NCBI GenBank assembly: GCA_017468465.1 | Contig: JAFUIN010000009.1 | Coordinates: 7,113-71,112, forward strand | DNA from: Clostridia bacterium | GTDB lineage: Bacteria > Bacillota > Clostridia > UMGS1840 | Reading direction: 5' to 3' | Length of the DNA: 64,000 nucleotides | Shown here: piece by piece, positions 8,030 through 18,012 of the stretch | How the letters are laid out: every line of letters starts with the position of its first letter | Numbering within the stretch: position 1 is the first letter of the stretch | Made by a program: the position numbers and the translations under genes | Notes under the pieces: generated by a model | What the model saw: only the letters and a program-made list of their open reading frames with translations | Told to the model about the DNA's origin: nothing | Database searches by the model: none

Positions 8030-10384
8030 TTGGAAAAAAATGGAAAAAGGAATCTTTGCATTATGAATACCATTGGACAAGCATTAAAAGTAAGAAAAGA
8101 GAAGAAAAGGGAAATAGCGGTGTTCCGTCATAAAAAAACCGGGCAAAAGGGAGTTTCTTTGATATTGCGGAAGCTGTTGGTTTTTTTCCTTTGCTTTTTT
8201 TTAAGTCGCGCACAGATTTTTCTGGGCATTACACCGCTTTCGGTTAGTTCCTTCCTTGCACTGGGAGGAGGGGTGTTTCCGTTTTTGGGTGGTGTTTTGG
8301 GGAGTATCACGGCAGGAAGTGCGGAAAATGTTTTCAGCCTGACTTGCGCCATGCTTCTTAAAAACATCTTTCGGGAAGAAAAATGGGATGCGCTTTATCT
8401 TTTTATTGCGCACACAGTGATTTGGAGCGTTGCCTTGTGGCTTCGGGAGCCAACCCCCTTTGACCTGATTGTAAAGGTGGTTACCTTACTGATTGCATTG
8501 CTGGGATATTTTGTGTTAAAAAAAGCATATCTGGCACAGTTTGTAAAATCCGCTCAGCTAAAATTTACCAGACAAGAGGCATATTGTTCGCTGTTTTTAC
8601 TGTTTGGACTGATTGCCGGGGTGCGCAGTGATGTTTTGATTACTGTTTTGAATTTTCACGATGTGTTGAAATTTTTTATCATCAGCATGGCGGCATATTA
8701 TTTTGGAATTGGTGCCGGCTCGGCAACCGGTGCAATACTGGGGATGCTTTGCGGTTCCGGAGTGGAATATGCGGCGCTTTGTATGTCGGTGTATTCCCTG
8801 TTTGGCTTTTTTGCAGGAATTTTTTCCAAATTTTCAAAATTTACGGCGCTGTTGGGATTGATATTTTCGTATGTGTTTTCTGTGATGTATTTTGCAGGTG
8901 CACAAAATGTTGTGTTGTTTCGGGATGTGGCTGTGGCAGGCGGACTGTTCTTTTTCTTTCCGGAAAAATGGATTCGTCCCTACATAGAACGCTACACCTG
9001 TTCGGAACCTACCGACATGGTGCGAACGGTGAATACGATAACGGCAAACCGTCTGGACAAGCTGGCAAAATCTTTTTCGGGGCTTTCGGGCGAGCTGTCC
9101 CGCACCCAGAAAAATATTCACAGTGTAACACAGGTCAACGAAAATACCTTATTTGATTTTGTAGGGGAGAGACTTTGTAAAAGATGCTCCTTAAAAAATG
9201 TCTGCTGGCAGGAGCAATATTCAGACACGGCAGAGATTCTTACCAAAGCGGTAGGACATTTGTCACGATACGGACAGCTGGAGGAACGCAACCTTCCCCA
9301 GCGGTTTTTAAGACATTGTGTGCATCCGGGAAAGGTGGTGGGGCTTTGTAAAAATTTTTATGAGCTGTATCGGCTCAATGCGGTATGGAAGCATAAGCTG
9401 TCTGAAAACACAGAAGCCTTTCAACAACAATTTATTGAGCTTTCTTCCATTATTTGTGAGCTCAAGCAAAACATTGTGGCAAACCGGTATTTTGATGCCC
9501 GTCTTTCTTCGGAAATCTACAGCGCTTTGGGAAATGCCGGCTATCTTGTGAAGGAAGCATCGGTCTTAAAAACGGCATCAGAGCATTTTTTGGTACAGCT
9601 GGAGCTTGCTGCCTGCAGATACAACGAAAACTGCTTTTCCACATTGGAAAAACTGATTGGAGACATCCTGGGGGTCAAAATGATTCGTGTAGAAGGAGGA
9701 TGCGGAGACCATACCTGCCGTTTTACGTTTTCCGAGGGAGAGGCTGGAAAGCTGGAAAAGCGGGTGCAAAGCATTTCCAAACGTGACAACGACCCTGTGG
9801 GTGACAGCCATATTATTTCGGAAATCAGCCGGAATCAATATCTGATGGCATTGTCAGACGGCATGGGAAGCGGCAAGGAGGCATCCAGGGTTTCCACTTC
9901 GGTGGTGACACTTCTGGACGAAATGCTGAAAGCCGGATTTTCGGGAGAATCGGCATATCGGATGCTGAACTCTTTTCTTATTGCGTCTTGTCCGGATATG
10001 GGACATTCTACCCTGGATTTTATGGTGATTGATTTTAAGAAAATGACGGGAAAAATTATGAAAACCGGTGCCTGCCCCACCTACATCAAGCGGGGAATTG
10101 AGGTGATTGAAATTGCGAGCAATTCGCTCCCGGCAGGAATTCGTTCTCAAAAACCGTTTGTAAAAACTGTGCATCTTCATCCCGGAGATATCATTGTGAT
10201 GCTGTCCGACGGGGTGTGGGACGCACTTCCCGAGGAAGATTGGGTGTACGGCGTGCTGAAACGAAACGTCACGGCAGACCTTGCAGAAACGGTGGACTTG
10301 ATTGCCTCTTTGGCACAAAAGGATTTTGAAAAACGGGAGGATGATATTACGGTTCTGGGGGTAAAACTGTTAAAAGGCGATTGA
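8030..10384 (+). CDS. spoIIE: Stage II sporulation protein E (membrane PP2C phosphatase)
   Basis: About 10 N-terminal TM segments and a C-terminal PP2C domain (LSDGMGSGKEAS ... VMLSDGVWD). The true start is uncertain; candidates are 8063 ATG, 8120 GTG and 8159 TTG. Confidence 0.9.
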   Translation: MEKNGKRNLCIMNTIGQALKVRKEKKREIAVFRHKKTGQKGVSLILRKLLVFFLCFFLSRAQIFLGITPLSVSSFLALGGGVFPFLGGVLGSITAGSAENVFSLTCAMLLKNIFREEKWDALYLFIAHTVIWSVALWLREPTPFDLIVKVVTLLIALLGYFVLKKAYLAQFVKSAQLKFTRQEAYCSLFLLFGLIAGVRSDVLITVLNFHDVLKFFIISMAAYYFGIGAGSATGAILGMLCGSGVEYAALCMSVYSLFGFFAGIFSKFSKFTALLGLIFSYVFSVMYFAGAQNVVLFRDVAVAGGLFFFFPEKWIRPYIERYTCSEPTDMVRTVNTITANRLDKLAKSFSGLSGELSRTQKNIHSVTQVNENTLFDFVGERLCKRCSLKNVCWQEQYSDTAEILTKAVGHLSRYGQLEERNLPQRFLRHCVHPGKVVGLCKNFYELYRLNAVWKHKLSENTEAFQQQFIELSSIICELKQNIVANRYFDARLSSEIYSALGNAGYLVKEASVLKTASEHFLVQLELAACRYNENCFSTLEKLIGDILGVKMIRVEGGCGDHTCRFTFSEGEAGKLEKRVQSISKRDNDPVGDSHIISEISRNQYLMALSDGMGSGKEASRVSTSVVTLLDEMLKAGFSGESAYRMLNSFLIASCPDMGHSTLDFMVIDFKKMTGKIMKTGACPTYIKRGIEVIEIASNSLPAGIRSQKPFVKTVHLHPGDIIVMLSDGVWDALPEEDWVYGVLKRNVTADLAETVDLIASLAQKDFEKREDDITVLGVKLLKGD

Positions 10385-10501
10385 AACACGGCTTGATCAA
10401 TTTTTCTTCATAGAACACAATTTTGCACTACATTAAAGGTGGGGATAGCTTTTGTTATTGGCTAAAATTTTTGAGTTTGACAAAAAAATATCAAAAAAAG
10501 C

Positions 10502-10529
10502 TTGACAAATTAAAAAAAGGTGCTATAAT
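10502..10529 (+). promoter_or_regulatory. Sigma-A promoter for the glycine riboswitch and agcS
   Basis: TTGACA (10502-10507), 16-nt spacer, TGcTATAAT (10521-10529). Confidence 0.7.
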
Positions 10530-10564
10530 GTCAAGTGAATCAAATATTTGTGCTAAGCGAAGGA

Positions 10565-10750
10565 TGCAGGAGAAAGATGAAATTCATCTTGCCGAAGGAG
10601 TAACTCTCTCAGGCGCCCGCAAAACGGGCAGAGACTGCAAACGGATAGCGCTCCGGAGAAGTCCCGATTTTTCTTATGGAAAAAGTAACGGATGCCGAAG
10701 GTGTAAAGCCCGCAAGGGTTAATCTCTCAGGCAAAAGGACGGAGATAACA
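10565..10750 (+). promoter_or_regulatory. Tandem glycine riboswitch (two aptamers)
   Basis: Each aptamer shows the conserved cores GGAGAA...GCCGAAGGnGUAA...CUCUCAGGC...AAAAGGAC. The second is near-canonical (ccggagaag...gccgaaggtgtaa...ctctcaggcaaaaggacgga). It lies upstream of an alanine/glycine symporter, a known association. Confidence 0.85.
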
Positions 10751-10780
10751 GTCGAAAAAAGGCTATTATTTTTATGAATT

Positions 10781-10814
10781 CGGAGTTTTTGTGTATGCAA
10801 AGACTCCGTTTTTT
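10781..10814 (+). terminator. Riboswitch expression-platform terminator
   Basis: Stem cggagt...actccg is followed by tttttt. It sits between the aptamers and the agcS RBS. Confidence 0.6.
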
Positions 10815-10862
10815 GTTCTCTTGGGCTGTGCGAAAAAAGGCACATAAAAGGAGGAAATTTTG

Positions 10863-12380
10863 ATGAACTTCATGAGTTGGCTTGCTGATTTTAACAACTC
10901 AATCAACAGCTTTGTATGGGGAAAGGGCTTGTACCTTCTGCTCTTTACCGGTGTTTTGACCACCATTATCACCGGTGTGTTTCAGATTACCCATATCAAG
11001 CACTGGTTTTCCGAAACCTTGGGAAAACTGACACAAAAGGATGTTTCCGGTCATGTAAAAGGAAAATCCATTTCTCAGTTTCAGGCACTTTGTACTGCTT
11101 TGGCGGCAACCATTGGTGTTGGTAACATTGCAGGGGTTGCTGCTGCAATCGTAGGTGGCGGTCCCGGTGCAGTATTCTGGATGTGGATTGCTGCATTCTT
11201 CGGGATGATGACCAACTATTCCGAAAACGTGCTGGGGATTTACTATCGCCGCAAAAACAAAGACGGCGAATGGTCCGGCGGTCCGATGTATTACTTAGAA
11301 GACGGCCTCGGCAAAATGAAAGGCTGCAAATGGATTGGTAAAGTTTTGGCAATTTTATTCTCCATTTTCTGTATTTTAGCATCCTTTGGTATTGGTGCCA
11401 TGGGGCAGATTAACAAAATTGTTGTGAATATCGTTTCTGCATTTGATATTCCGGCACTTTCTTCCAATATGCTGTATGACGGAGTTTCCTGGTATCATTT
11501 GGTAATTGGAATTGTGCTGGTGGTAATTGCCGGGCTGATCATTATTGGCGGCTTAAAAAGAATTGCAAATTTTGCAGAAAAAGTAGTGCCTGTTATGGTG
11601 GTGCTGTTTATCGCCGGCGGTCTTATTATTGTCGGACTCAACTTCCGTTTGATCGGAGCTGCGTTTGCTTCTATTTTCCGTCACGCATTTACTGTTCCTG
11701 CGGCACTTGGCGGCGTGGGCGGTATTGTGGTGAAAGATATCGTTACCCAGGGCTGCAAGCGTGGGGTGTTCTCTAATGAAGCAGGGCTTGGTTCTTCTGT
11801 AATGGTGCATTCCAGCTCCAATGTCAAAGAACCTGTACGCCAGGGTCTTTGGGGCATTTTTGAAGTGTTTGCAGATACCATGGTTGTGTGTACCATGACA
11901 GCATTGGTTGTGTTGACCTCCGGTATGATTAACTTAGATACCGGTGCATTGGCAGAAGGCATCAGCGATGCTACCCTGGTTGCAAAAGCGTTTTCCGGCG
12001 TGTTTGGCGTCTGGGGAGAACGGTTTGTTGCCATTGCAATTTTGCTCTTTGCATTCACCACCGTTTTAGGTTGGGATGTATATGGCGGAAAAGCGTGGGA
12101 ATATCTGTTTGGCGTAAAATCGAAAACAGTATATAAAGTCATTCACTTGGTTACCATTCTGTGCGGGGCACTTCTTACCTCCTCTCTGGCTTGGGACATT
12201 TCCGACACCTTTAACGGTTTGATGATGGTGCCCAACCTGATTGGTGTTATCGCTTTGTCCGGTCTGGTGATGAAAATTACCAAAAACTATGTTGACCGTA
12301 AGCTAAAAGGCAAAGCTGTGAAGCCCATGCTTTCTGTTTTCCCCGAAGTGCAGGCGGAAGCAGAACAGGATTTGTTATAA
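10863..12380 (+). CDS. agcS: Alanine/glycine:cation (sodium) symporter, AGCS family
   Basis: ATG lies 7 nt after AAAGGAGG. It is a polytopic protein with AGCS-family motifs (SQFQALCTALAATIGVGNIAGVA, GVFSNEAGLGS). Confidence 0.9.
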   Translation: MNFMSWLADFNNSINSFVWGKGLYLLLFTGVLTTIITGVFQITHIKHWFSETLGKLTQKDVSGHVKGKSISQFQALCTALAATIGVGNIAGVAAAIVGGGPGAVFWMWIAAFFGMMTNYSENVLGIYYRRKNKDGEWSGGPMYYLEDGLGKMKGCKWIGKVLAILFSIFCILASFGIGAMGQINKIVVNIVSAFDIPALSSNMLYDGVSWYHLVIGIVLVVIAGLIIIGGLKRIANFAEKVVPVMVVLFIAGGLIIVGLNFRLIGAAFASIFRHAFTVPAALGGVGGIVVKDIVTQGCKRGVFSNEAGLGSSVMVHSSSNVKEPVRQGLWGIFEVFADTMVVCTMTALVVLTSGMINLDTGALAEGISDATLVAKAFSGVFGVWGERFVAIAILLFAFTTVLGWDVYGGKAWEYLFGVKSKTVYKVIHLVTILCGALLTSSLAWDISDTFNGLMMVPNLIGVIALSGLVMKITKNYVDRKLKGKAVKPMLSVFPEVQAEAEQDLL

Positions 12381-12408
12381 ACTTATTTTATATAAGTTTT
12401 TTCCCTTA

Positions 12409-12452
12409 CCAAAAGGCAGTTCTCGTAAATGAGGCTGTCTTTTGGTTTTTTT
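12409..12452 (+). terminator. Intrinsic terminator after agcS
   Basis: Stem ccaaaaggcag / ctgtcttttgg is followed by ttttttt. Confidence 0.7.
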
Positions 12453-12520
12453 ATGCCTGTTTTTTGTATCAGAATCCGTTTTATTTCATACATTGATAAG
12501 AGAAACAGGGGTGTGAAGAT

Positions 12521-13237
12521 ATGGCTTCTTTTCGTTATCGGCGTGCTGTCAGTAAAATGAGATATCGGTTTTCTAAAAAGCCTTGGGGACGACTGTTCTT
12601 TTTTTGTGTGGCTTTTGCGCTTTTGGGATATATCGGATATATTTATTTCTTTGTGTTTCAGCCAACCCTTGTAAAGCTGGGAACTGCACACGCCACCCGA
12701 ATGGGAGAACTGGTGGTTCATGAGGCGGTAAAAGAGGTTTTTGGCGAAAACCAGTTTCTCAACAGCCGGTTGGTTTCTTTGGAAACCTCGGAGGACGGGC
12801 AGATTTCTGCTGTGATTCCCGATGTGGGTGCGATGAATCGGTTAAAGTCAGCCCTTTCTGTAACGGTGACCGAAAAGCTGAACCAAATGGATGATACCAC
12901 GGTTTCCATCCCGGCAGGGACACTTTCGGGGATTGATTTTTTAGCCAATTTCGGCCCCCGGTTTCAAATTGGCATGTTTCCATACGGAAAAGCGCTTGTG
13001 GATATTGAAAGCAGATTTTCCGATGCGGGCATCAACCAGACCCGTCACCAGATGCTTCTGACGGTGGATTTGGAGATTTCCTTGCTGCTGCCGGATACCC
13101 ACTCGGTGAATGCGGCAATCCGCACCACTGTTCCCATGAGCGAAACCGTGGTGGTCGGTTCTGTTCCCAACAGTTACACCAACCTGGAAACAGAAGAAGA
13201 AAGCCTGAAGGATGACGTGCTGAACCTCATTGACTGA
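12521..13237 (+). CDS. yunB: Sporulation protein YunB
   Basis: N-terminal TM segment plus the YunB-type core (IPAGTLSGIDFLANFGPRFQI...LLTVDLEISLLLP). Confidence 0.8.
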   Translation: MASFRYRRAVSKMRYRFSKKPWGRLFFFCVAFALLGYIGYIYFFVFQPTLVKLGTAHATRMGELVVHEAVKEVFGENQFLNSRLVSLETSEDGQISAVIPDVGAMNRLKSALSVTVTEKLNQMDDTTVSIPAGTLSGIDFLANFGPRFQIGMFPYGKALVDIESRFSDAGINQTRHQMLLTVDLEISLLLPDTHSVNAAIRTTVPMSETVVVGSVPNSYTNLETEEESLKDDVLNLID

Positions 13238-13295
13238 CGGGGAATGGGGTGTCAATGTCTTTTGAAAATCAAGGCAAGTTTTTTTGGAAAATCCG

Positions 13296-13324
13296 TTGCA
13301 TATTCAAGGAGAATGTGTTATACT
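13296..13324 (+). promoter_or_regulatory. Sigma-A promoter with extended -10
   Basis: TTGCAT (13296-13301), 17-nt spacer, TGtTATACT (13316-13324), upstream of the M50 protease-scpAB cluster. Confidence 0.6.
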
Positions 13325-13365
13325 ATAAAGTAGGATGTATCTAACTTTTTGAAAGGGCTTTTTCT

Positions 13366-14067
13366 ATGAATATATTAAACATTCTCGTTGAGGCTGTTAT
13401 TACCGCTGTGGTTTTGATTTTTGCCTTGCTTCCTCATGAGGTAGCGCATGGGTATACCGCTATGCTTTTGGGTGATAACACTGCAAAATATCAGGGGCGG
13501 CTTACCTTAAACCCGTTTCGACATATCAACCCCGTATACGCCGGCTGGATTCTGGGCGGCGTGATATTGGGAAAGCTGATTCCTGCATTGTCTTTTTTAA
13601 CAAGCATTATGATGTGGGTAGGTTTTATTCTTCTGTTAAGACCCGTACCCATTAACCCCGGCAATTTTCAGGACCCCAAAAAGGGAATGGCAATCACTGC
13701 ACTGATGGGGCCTGTTACGAACCTTGTGATTGCGTTTGTCGGGATGTTTTTGTGGGTGCTGACTGCAAAATATAACATTCCTTACATTGGCGGATATTTG
13801 TTTTTGTTCTTTCAGCTTTTGGTATCCTATAACATTACCCTTGCTGTGTTCAACCTGATTCCTGTTCCGCCGCTGGATGGTTCCAGAGTGTTGTTTGCGT
13901 TTTTGCCCAGCAGATATTATTTTCAAGTGATGCGGTATGAACGCTATATTATGATTGTGTTTTTGATTCTGGTATACAACGGAACCTTTGATTTGCTGTT
14001 GGACCGCGGCACCGCCAACATTTTCAAGGCGTTTTACACGATTGTAGCCAGGGTGATGGGGTTATAA
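13366..14067 (+). CDS. Site-2 protease family (peptidase M50) membrane metalloprotease
   Basis: HEVAHG zinc motif, the conserved NLIPVPPLDGSRV motif and multiple TM helices. Confidence 0.85.
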   Translation: MNILNILVEAVITAVVLIFALLPHEVAHGYTAMLLGDNTAKYQGRLTLNPFRHINPVYAGWILGGVILGKLIPALSFLTSIMMWVGFILLLRPVPINPGNFQDPKKGMAITALMGPVTNLVIAFVGMFLWVLTAKYNIPYIGGYLFLFFQLLVSYNITLAVFNLIPVPPLDGSRVLFAFLPSRYYFQVMRYERYIMIVFLILVYNGTFDLLLDRGTANIFKAFYTIVARVMGL

Positions 14068-14068
14068 T

Positions 14069-14782
14069 ATGATAGAGCTGAAATTAGAGCAGTTTGAAGG
14101 GCCAATGGACCTTCTTTTGCACCTTATCCGCACCAATAAAATTGATATTTACGATATCCCCATTTTTACGCTGACAGAGCAGTATATTGCATACTTAAAA
14201 GCAATGGAAAGTCTGGATATGGAAATTGCTTCCGAATTTTTGGTTATGGCATCGGAGCTTTTGTATATCAAATCCAAAATGCTTCTGCCAAAACCTCCGA
14301 TAGAGGAAACCGAGGAGGAAGAAGACCCCCGCAAAGAGCTGATGCAAAAGCTGTTGGATTATCAGCAGTATAAGGAACTTTCCGGCTACTTAAAAGAACG
14401 GGAACCGCTTGGAGCATATACGTTTACCAAGGCAAGCGAGAAAATCAAAGGGTTAATCCGCTACACCAAGCTGGATTTGCCCAAAGAAAGTCTGATTTCT
14501 GCTTTAGAGGAGCTTGTGGAGCGAATGGAAACCAAGCTTCCGCCAGACAAGGCTGTGTTTTCCGGCATTGTGGAACGAGAGGTTGTGTCGGTGTCGGAAA
14601 TGACGGACAGGCTTTTGGCTGTCGTCCGGCTGAAAAAGAAGCAGTCTTTGGTGGAAGCGTTTCTTGCCATTTGTAACAGTCGAGGGCAGGTGGCAGCAGC
14701 GTTTATGGGGCTTCTGGATTTGCTGAAAGAAAATAAACTCACCGTTTCTTACGAAAATGAAACATTTTTTGTGAGTCTGTAA
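14069..14782 (+). CDS. scpA: Segregation and condensation protein A
   Basis: N-terminus LEQFEGPMDLLLHLIRTNKIDIYDIPI is characteristic of ScpA, and scpB follows. Confidence 0.9.
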   Translation: MIELKLEQFEGPMDLLLHLIRTNKIDIYDIPIFTLTEQYIAYLKAMESLDMEIASEFLVMASELLYIKSKMLLPKPPIEETEEEEDPRKELMQKLLDYQQYKELSGYLKEREPLGAYTFTKASEKIKGLIRYTKLDLPKESLISALEELVERMETKLPPDKAVFSGIVEREVVSVSEMTDRLLAVVRLKKKQSLVEAFLAICNSRGQVAAAFMGLLDLLKENKLTVSYENETFFVSL

Positions 14783-14792
14783 AGGAAAAAAG

Positions 14793-15383
14793 ATGAAAAA
14801 ACAAACATTATACGGGGTTTTGGAGAGCATTTTGTTTGCAATGGGAACCCCTGTGGAGATAGACAAGCTATCCGAAGTGCTGCTGGAGGATTTCGGAGAC
14901 GTCAAAAACGATATTAACGAATTTGTGGATATCTTTAACAAAGAAAACCGAGGGCTGAAGATTGTCCGTCTGGACCGCTCGATTCAGATGGTTTCCAGAA
15001 GCGAACATCACAGCTACATTGCAAAAATGTTGGAAACGAAATCTCAGAAAGGGCTTTCGCAATCAGCGTTGGAGGCACTTTCTGTGATTGCCTACAATCA
15101 ACCGGTCACCAAAGCCATGGTGGATGCAGTTCGTGGGGTAGACAGCTATAATTCCATTGTGCGTCTTTTGGAACGTGAGCTCATTGAACAGCGTGGCAGG
15201 CTGGATGCACCCGGCAGACCGATGCTCTACGGCACGACCAGTGAATTTTTGAGAGTGTTTGGCTTGGAAAGCCTGGACGAGCTTCCAAAATTGGAACGGA
15301 AGCTGATGGATTCCATCGGTCATACCGATAATCTGACCTTTTCCGATCTGGAACAAGAACCTACGGAGGAAAGCGACCTATGA
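14793..15383 (+). CDS. scpB: Segregation and condensation protein B
   Basis: ScpB winged-helix motifs are present (LSQSALEALSVIAYNQPVTKAMVDAVRGV ... GRPMLYGTTSEFL). Confidence 0.9.
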   Translation: MKKQTLYGVLESILFAMGTPVEIDKLSEVLLEDFGDVKNDINEFVDIFNKENRGLKIVRLDRSIQMVSRSEHHSYIAKMLETKSQKGLSQSALEALSVIAYNQPVTKAMVDAVRGVDSYNSIVRLLERELIEQRGRLDAPGRPMLYGTTSEFLRVFGLESLDELPKLERKLMDSIGHTDNLTFSDLEQEPTEESDL

Positions 15384-15946
15384 TAATTGCCCTTTGCATT
15401 CTGCTTTTTCTGTTGATACTGGTGGCACTTTTGTTATTTTGCGATTTTTTGGTTATACTATCGGTAAGCGAAAAACAGCTGACGCTGAAAGTCAGAGTGT
15501 TGCATATTACCATCAGAATTCCTTTGAAAAAAGCAGAAGATAAAACAGAAAAAAAACCAAAGGAAATCAACGAAACCCAGGATTCTGTGATGAAAAGCTT
15601 TTTGGAAATGCGCAATACCTTCACCAGAATCCGCACGGCATTGGAAAAAACATTGTCTTATCTTTGCCGGAAAATCCACATCAAAGAAATGGGTGTTGTG
15701 GGGAAATTCGGGCTTGGCAATGCTGCACTCACCGGGATGAGCTATGGTGCTGTGGAAGCCTTTGCCGGCTTGGTCACCGGTTTTTTACAGCATTTTTTCA
15801 AATTTGAAAAGCCCATTTACCGCAATGTTCAAATGGAATATGACAGCTTGATCTTTCAGTTGAATTTTGCCATGGTTCTGAAAACAAAACCCATATATTT
15901 ATTAAAAGCGGCACTGATTTTTCTAAAACATAATCGGAAACACTAA
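15380..15946 (+). CDS. ytfI: DUF2953-type sporulation membrane protein (YtfI-like)
   Basis: ATGA overlap with scpB, an N-terminal TM segment, and position directly upstream of ytfJ/gerW as in other spore formers. The function call rests mainly on synteny. Confidence 0.55.
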   Translation: MIIALCILLFLLILVALLLFCDFLVILSVSEKQLTLKVRVLHITIRIPLKKAEDKTEKKPKEINETQDSVMKSFLEMRNTFTRIRTALEKTLSYLCRKIHIKEMGVVGKFGLGNAALTGMSYGAVEAFAGLVTGFLQHFFKFEKPIYRNVQMEYDSLIFQLNFAMVLKTKPIYLLKAALIFLKHNRKH

Positions 15947-15962
15947 AAGGAGGTTTTTTGTT

Positions 15963-16373
15963 ATGTCACATCCTATTGAAGGTCTTATGAATTCCGCATT
16001 GCAAAACATCAAGAGTATGGTGGATGTTAACACCATCATCGGCGAACCCATCAATGCCGGGGAGGGCATTGTGCTGATTCCCATTTCCCGTGTGGCATTC
16101 GGGTTTGGGGCTGGCGGCTCCAATTTTGGCGATGGGAAAATTGAAGTGGAAAAACAGTCCTTCGGCGGCGGCGCCGGCGGTGGTGTTACCATTTCGCCTG
16201 TGGCATTTTTGGTGGTCACAAACGGCAGCGTAAGAATGCTTCCTGTAGAACAGGGCAACACCATAGATAAAATCGTGGATATGGCGCCTGACCTGATCAA
16301 TAAAGTGCTTCAGAAATTTGATAAAAAAGGTTCCAAAACCATCATCACCGAAGAAGAAATTATCATTGACTGA
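15963..16373 (+). CDS. ytfJ: GerW/YtfJ family sporulation protein
   Basis: Family-typical sequence IIGEPINAGEGIVLIPISRVAFGFGAGGS with a Gly-rich centre. Confidence 0.85.
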   Translation: MSHPIEGLMNSALQNIKSMVDVNTIIGEPINAGEGIVLIPISRVAFGFGAGGSNFGDGKIEVEKQSFGGGAGGGVTISPVAFLVVTNGSVRMLPVEQGNTIDKIVDMAPDLINKVLQKFDKKGSKTIITEEEIIID

Positions 16374-16464
16374 TAAAAAATGAGAATATTTTAAGAAGCC
16401 GTGTCATATCCTGAAGCAAGCTCCGTTTATGATGTTTTGGAGCCTTTTATGGAGGTGGCACAGC

Positions 16465-17262
16465 TTGAAATATCGGGTGATTGCCGTTTTAAGCATCTTT
16501 ATGATGCTGTTTGGCGGCATACATAGTTATTCTTATTCGGCAAAAGCAATCTGTTTGTATGACACAGAGTCAAAGCAGATGGTGTACGGCTACAACGAAA
16601 ATATCCGTATGCTGCCTGCATCCATCACCAAGATTGTGACGGCGATTACCGCTTTGGAAATCGGAAATCCGGAAGAGATTGTCACCGTTGACCAAAAATC
16701 TGCCAATACCGAAGGAAGCAGCCTTTATCTTCGTGTAGGGGAACAAATCACGCTTTTGAACCTGATTTACGGAATGATGCTTCATTCGGGCAACGATGCG
16801 GCAAATGCCATTGCTACCCATTTCGGTTATGATGCGTTTGTAGAAAAAATGAACGAAACCGTAAAGAAAGCAACTGCAACCGATTCTCATTTTGAAAACC
16901 CCTCGGGGTTGGATGGAGAGAATCATTTTGTCACAGCGCTGGATATGGCAAAGATTACGGCCTATGCAATGAAAAACCCTGTTTTTTGCGAGATTGTCGG
17001 CACAAAGAATAAGAATATTGTATCGGAGGACGGATATACCCGTTACTTAAAAAATCACAACAAGCTTTTGTGGATGTATGAAAATACCAAAGGGGGTAAA
17101 ACCGGCTTTACCAAGAAAGCAGGACGCACGCTGGTGTCTTCGGCATCAGACGGAGAGCGCAGTCTGGTATGTGTCACCTTAAACGATTCCGACGATTGGA
17201 ATGACCATATCAGCCTTTATAAGAGCTATCTGAAGCCGCCCGAAAAAAAGAGCACACAATAA
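16465..17262 (+). CDS. D-alanyl-D-alanine carboxypeptidase (peptidase S11, DacB-type)
   Basis: SITK, SGN and KTG motifs are all present. A TTG start at 16465 follows GGAGGTGG and gives a signal peptide; ORF 16429 is the longer alternative. Confidence 0.85.
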   Translation: MKYRVIAVLSIFMMLFGGIHSYSYSAKAICLYDTESKQMVYGYNENIRMLPASITKIVTAITALEIGNPEEIVTVDQKSANTEGSSLYLRVGEQITLLNLIYGMMLHSGNDAANAIATHFGYDAFVEKMNETVKKATATDSHFENPSGLDGENHFVTALDMAKITAYAMKNPVFCEIVGTKNKNIVSEDGYTRYLKNHNKLLWMYENTKGGKTGFTKKAGRTLVSSASDGERSLVCVTLNDSDDWNDHISLYKSYLKPPEKKSTQ

Positions 17263-17275
17263 AGGAGTTACCGTT

Positions 17276-17992
17276 TTGAGAATACAAAAATATATTGCCG
17301 ATGCGGGCATTTGCTCCCGCCGTAAAGCAGAAGAAATGATTGTCAAGGGCTTGGTGAAAGTAAATGGAGAAACACTGGATGAGCTTGGCTATCAGATGCA
17401 GGAAAACGATGTGGTTGAGGTGGACGGTCAGGTTATCGGCGCACCGGAAAAAAAGGTTTACTACATGATGTATAAACCCAGAGGCTATGTAACCACTGTG
17501 AAAGATCAGTTTGACCGCCCTTGTGTGATGGACTTAATCGGAGACGACATCAAAGAGCGTATTTACCCTGCCGGAAGATTGGACTATCACACCGAAGGGC
17601 TTCTCATTTTGTCCAACGACGGAGCATTTGTGAATGCCATTACTCATCCCAAGCATCACATCGAAAAGAAATATCTTGCTGTCATTAACGGAAAAATCAG
17701 CGAAGAAGATGTGGAAAAACTGAAACGCGGAGTTGTGATAGATGGCAGAAAAACAGCTCCCGCAAAAGTATTTTTGTCAGAAATTTTTAAGGATAAATGT
17801 TTGGTTGAGGTCACCATTTCAGAGGGCAGAAACCGTCAGGTCAGAAAAATGTTTGAGGCGGTTGGGCATCATGTTATTGAGCTAAAGCGTGTGCAAATCG
17901 GCCCCATTGATTTGGGTTCCTTGAAAGAAGGACGCATCCGGAAACTAAATCCCAATGAAGTGCAGGCACTTATTTCGCTTGCCGAAAAGTAA
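17276..17992 (+). CDS. rluB: rRNA pseudouridine synthase (RsuA/RluB family, S4 domain)
   Basis: TTG start, S4 domain (RIQKYIADAGICSRRKAEEMI) and the catalytic motif AGRLDYHTEGLLILSNDG. Confidence 0.85.
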   Translation: MRIQKYIADAGICSRRKAEEMIVKGLVKVNGETLDELGYQMQENDVVEVDGQVIGAPEKKVYYMMYKPRGYVTTVKDQFDRPCVMDLIGDDIKERIYPAGRLDYHTEGLLILSNDGAFVNAITHPKHHIEKKYLAVINGKISEEDVEKLKRGVVIDGRKTAPAKVFLSEIFKDKCLVEVTISEGRNRQVRKMFEAVGHHVIELKRVQIGPIDLGSLKEGRIRKLNPNEVQALISLAEK

Positions 17993-18012
17993 AAAAAGAG
18001 GAGAACGTAGTC

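Noticed and set aside
10423-10722. 99-aa plus-strand ORF
   Set aside because: It lies on top of the promoter and both aptamers of the glycine riboswitch. Conserved riboswitch cores explain the sequence.
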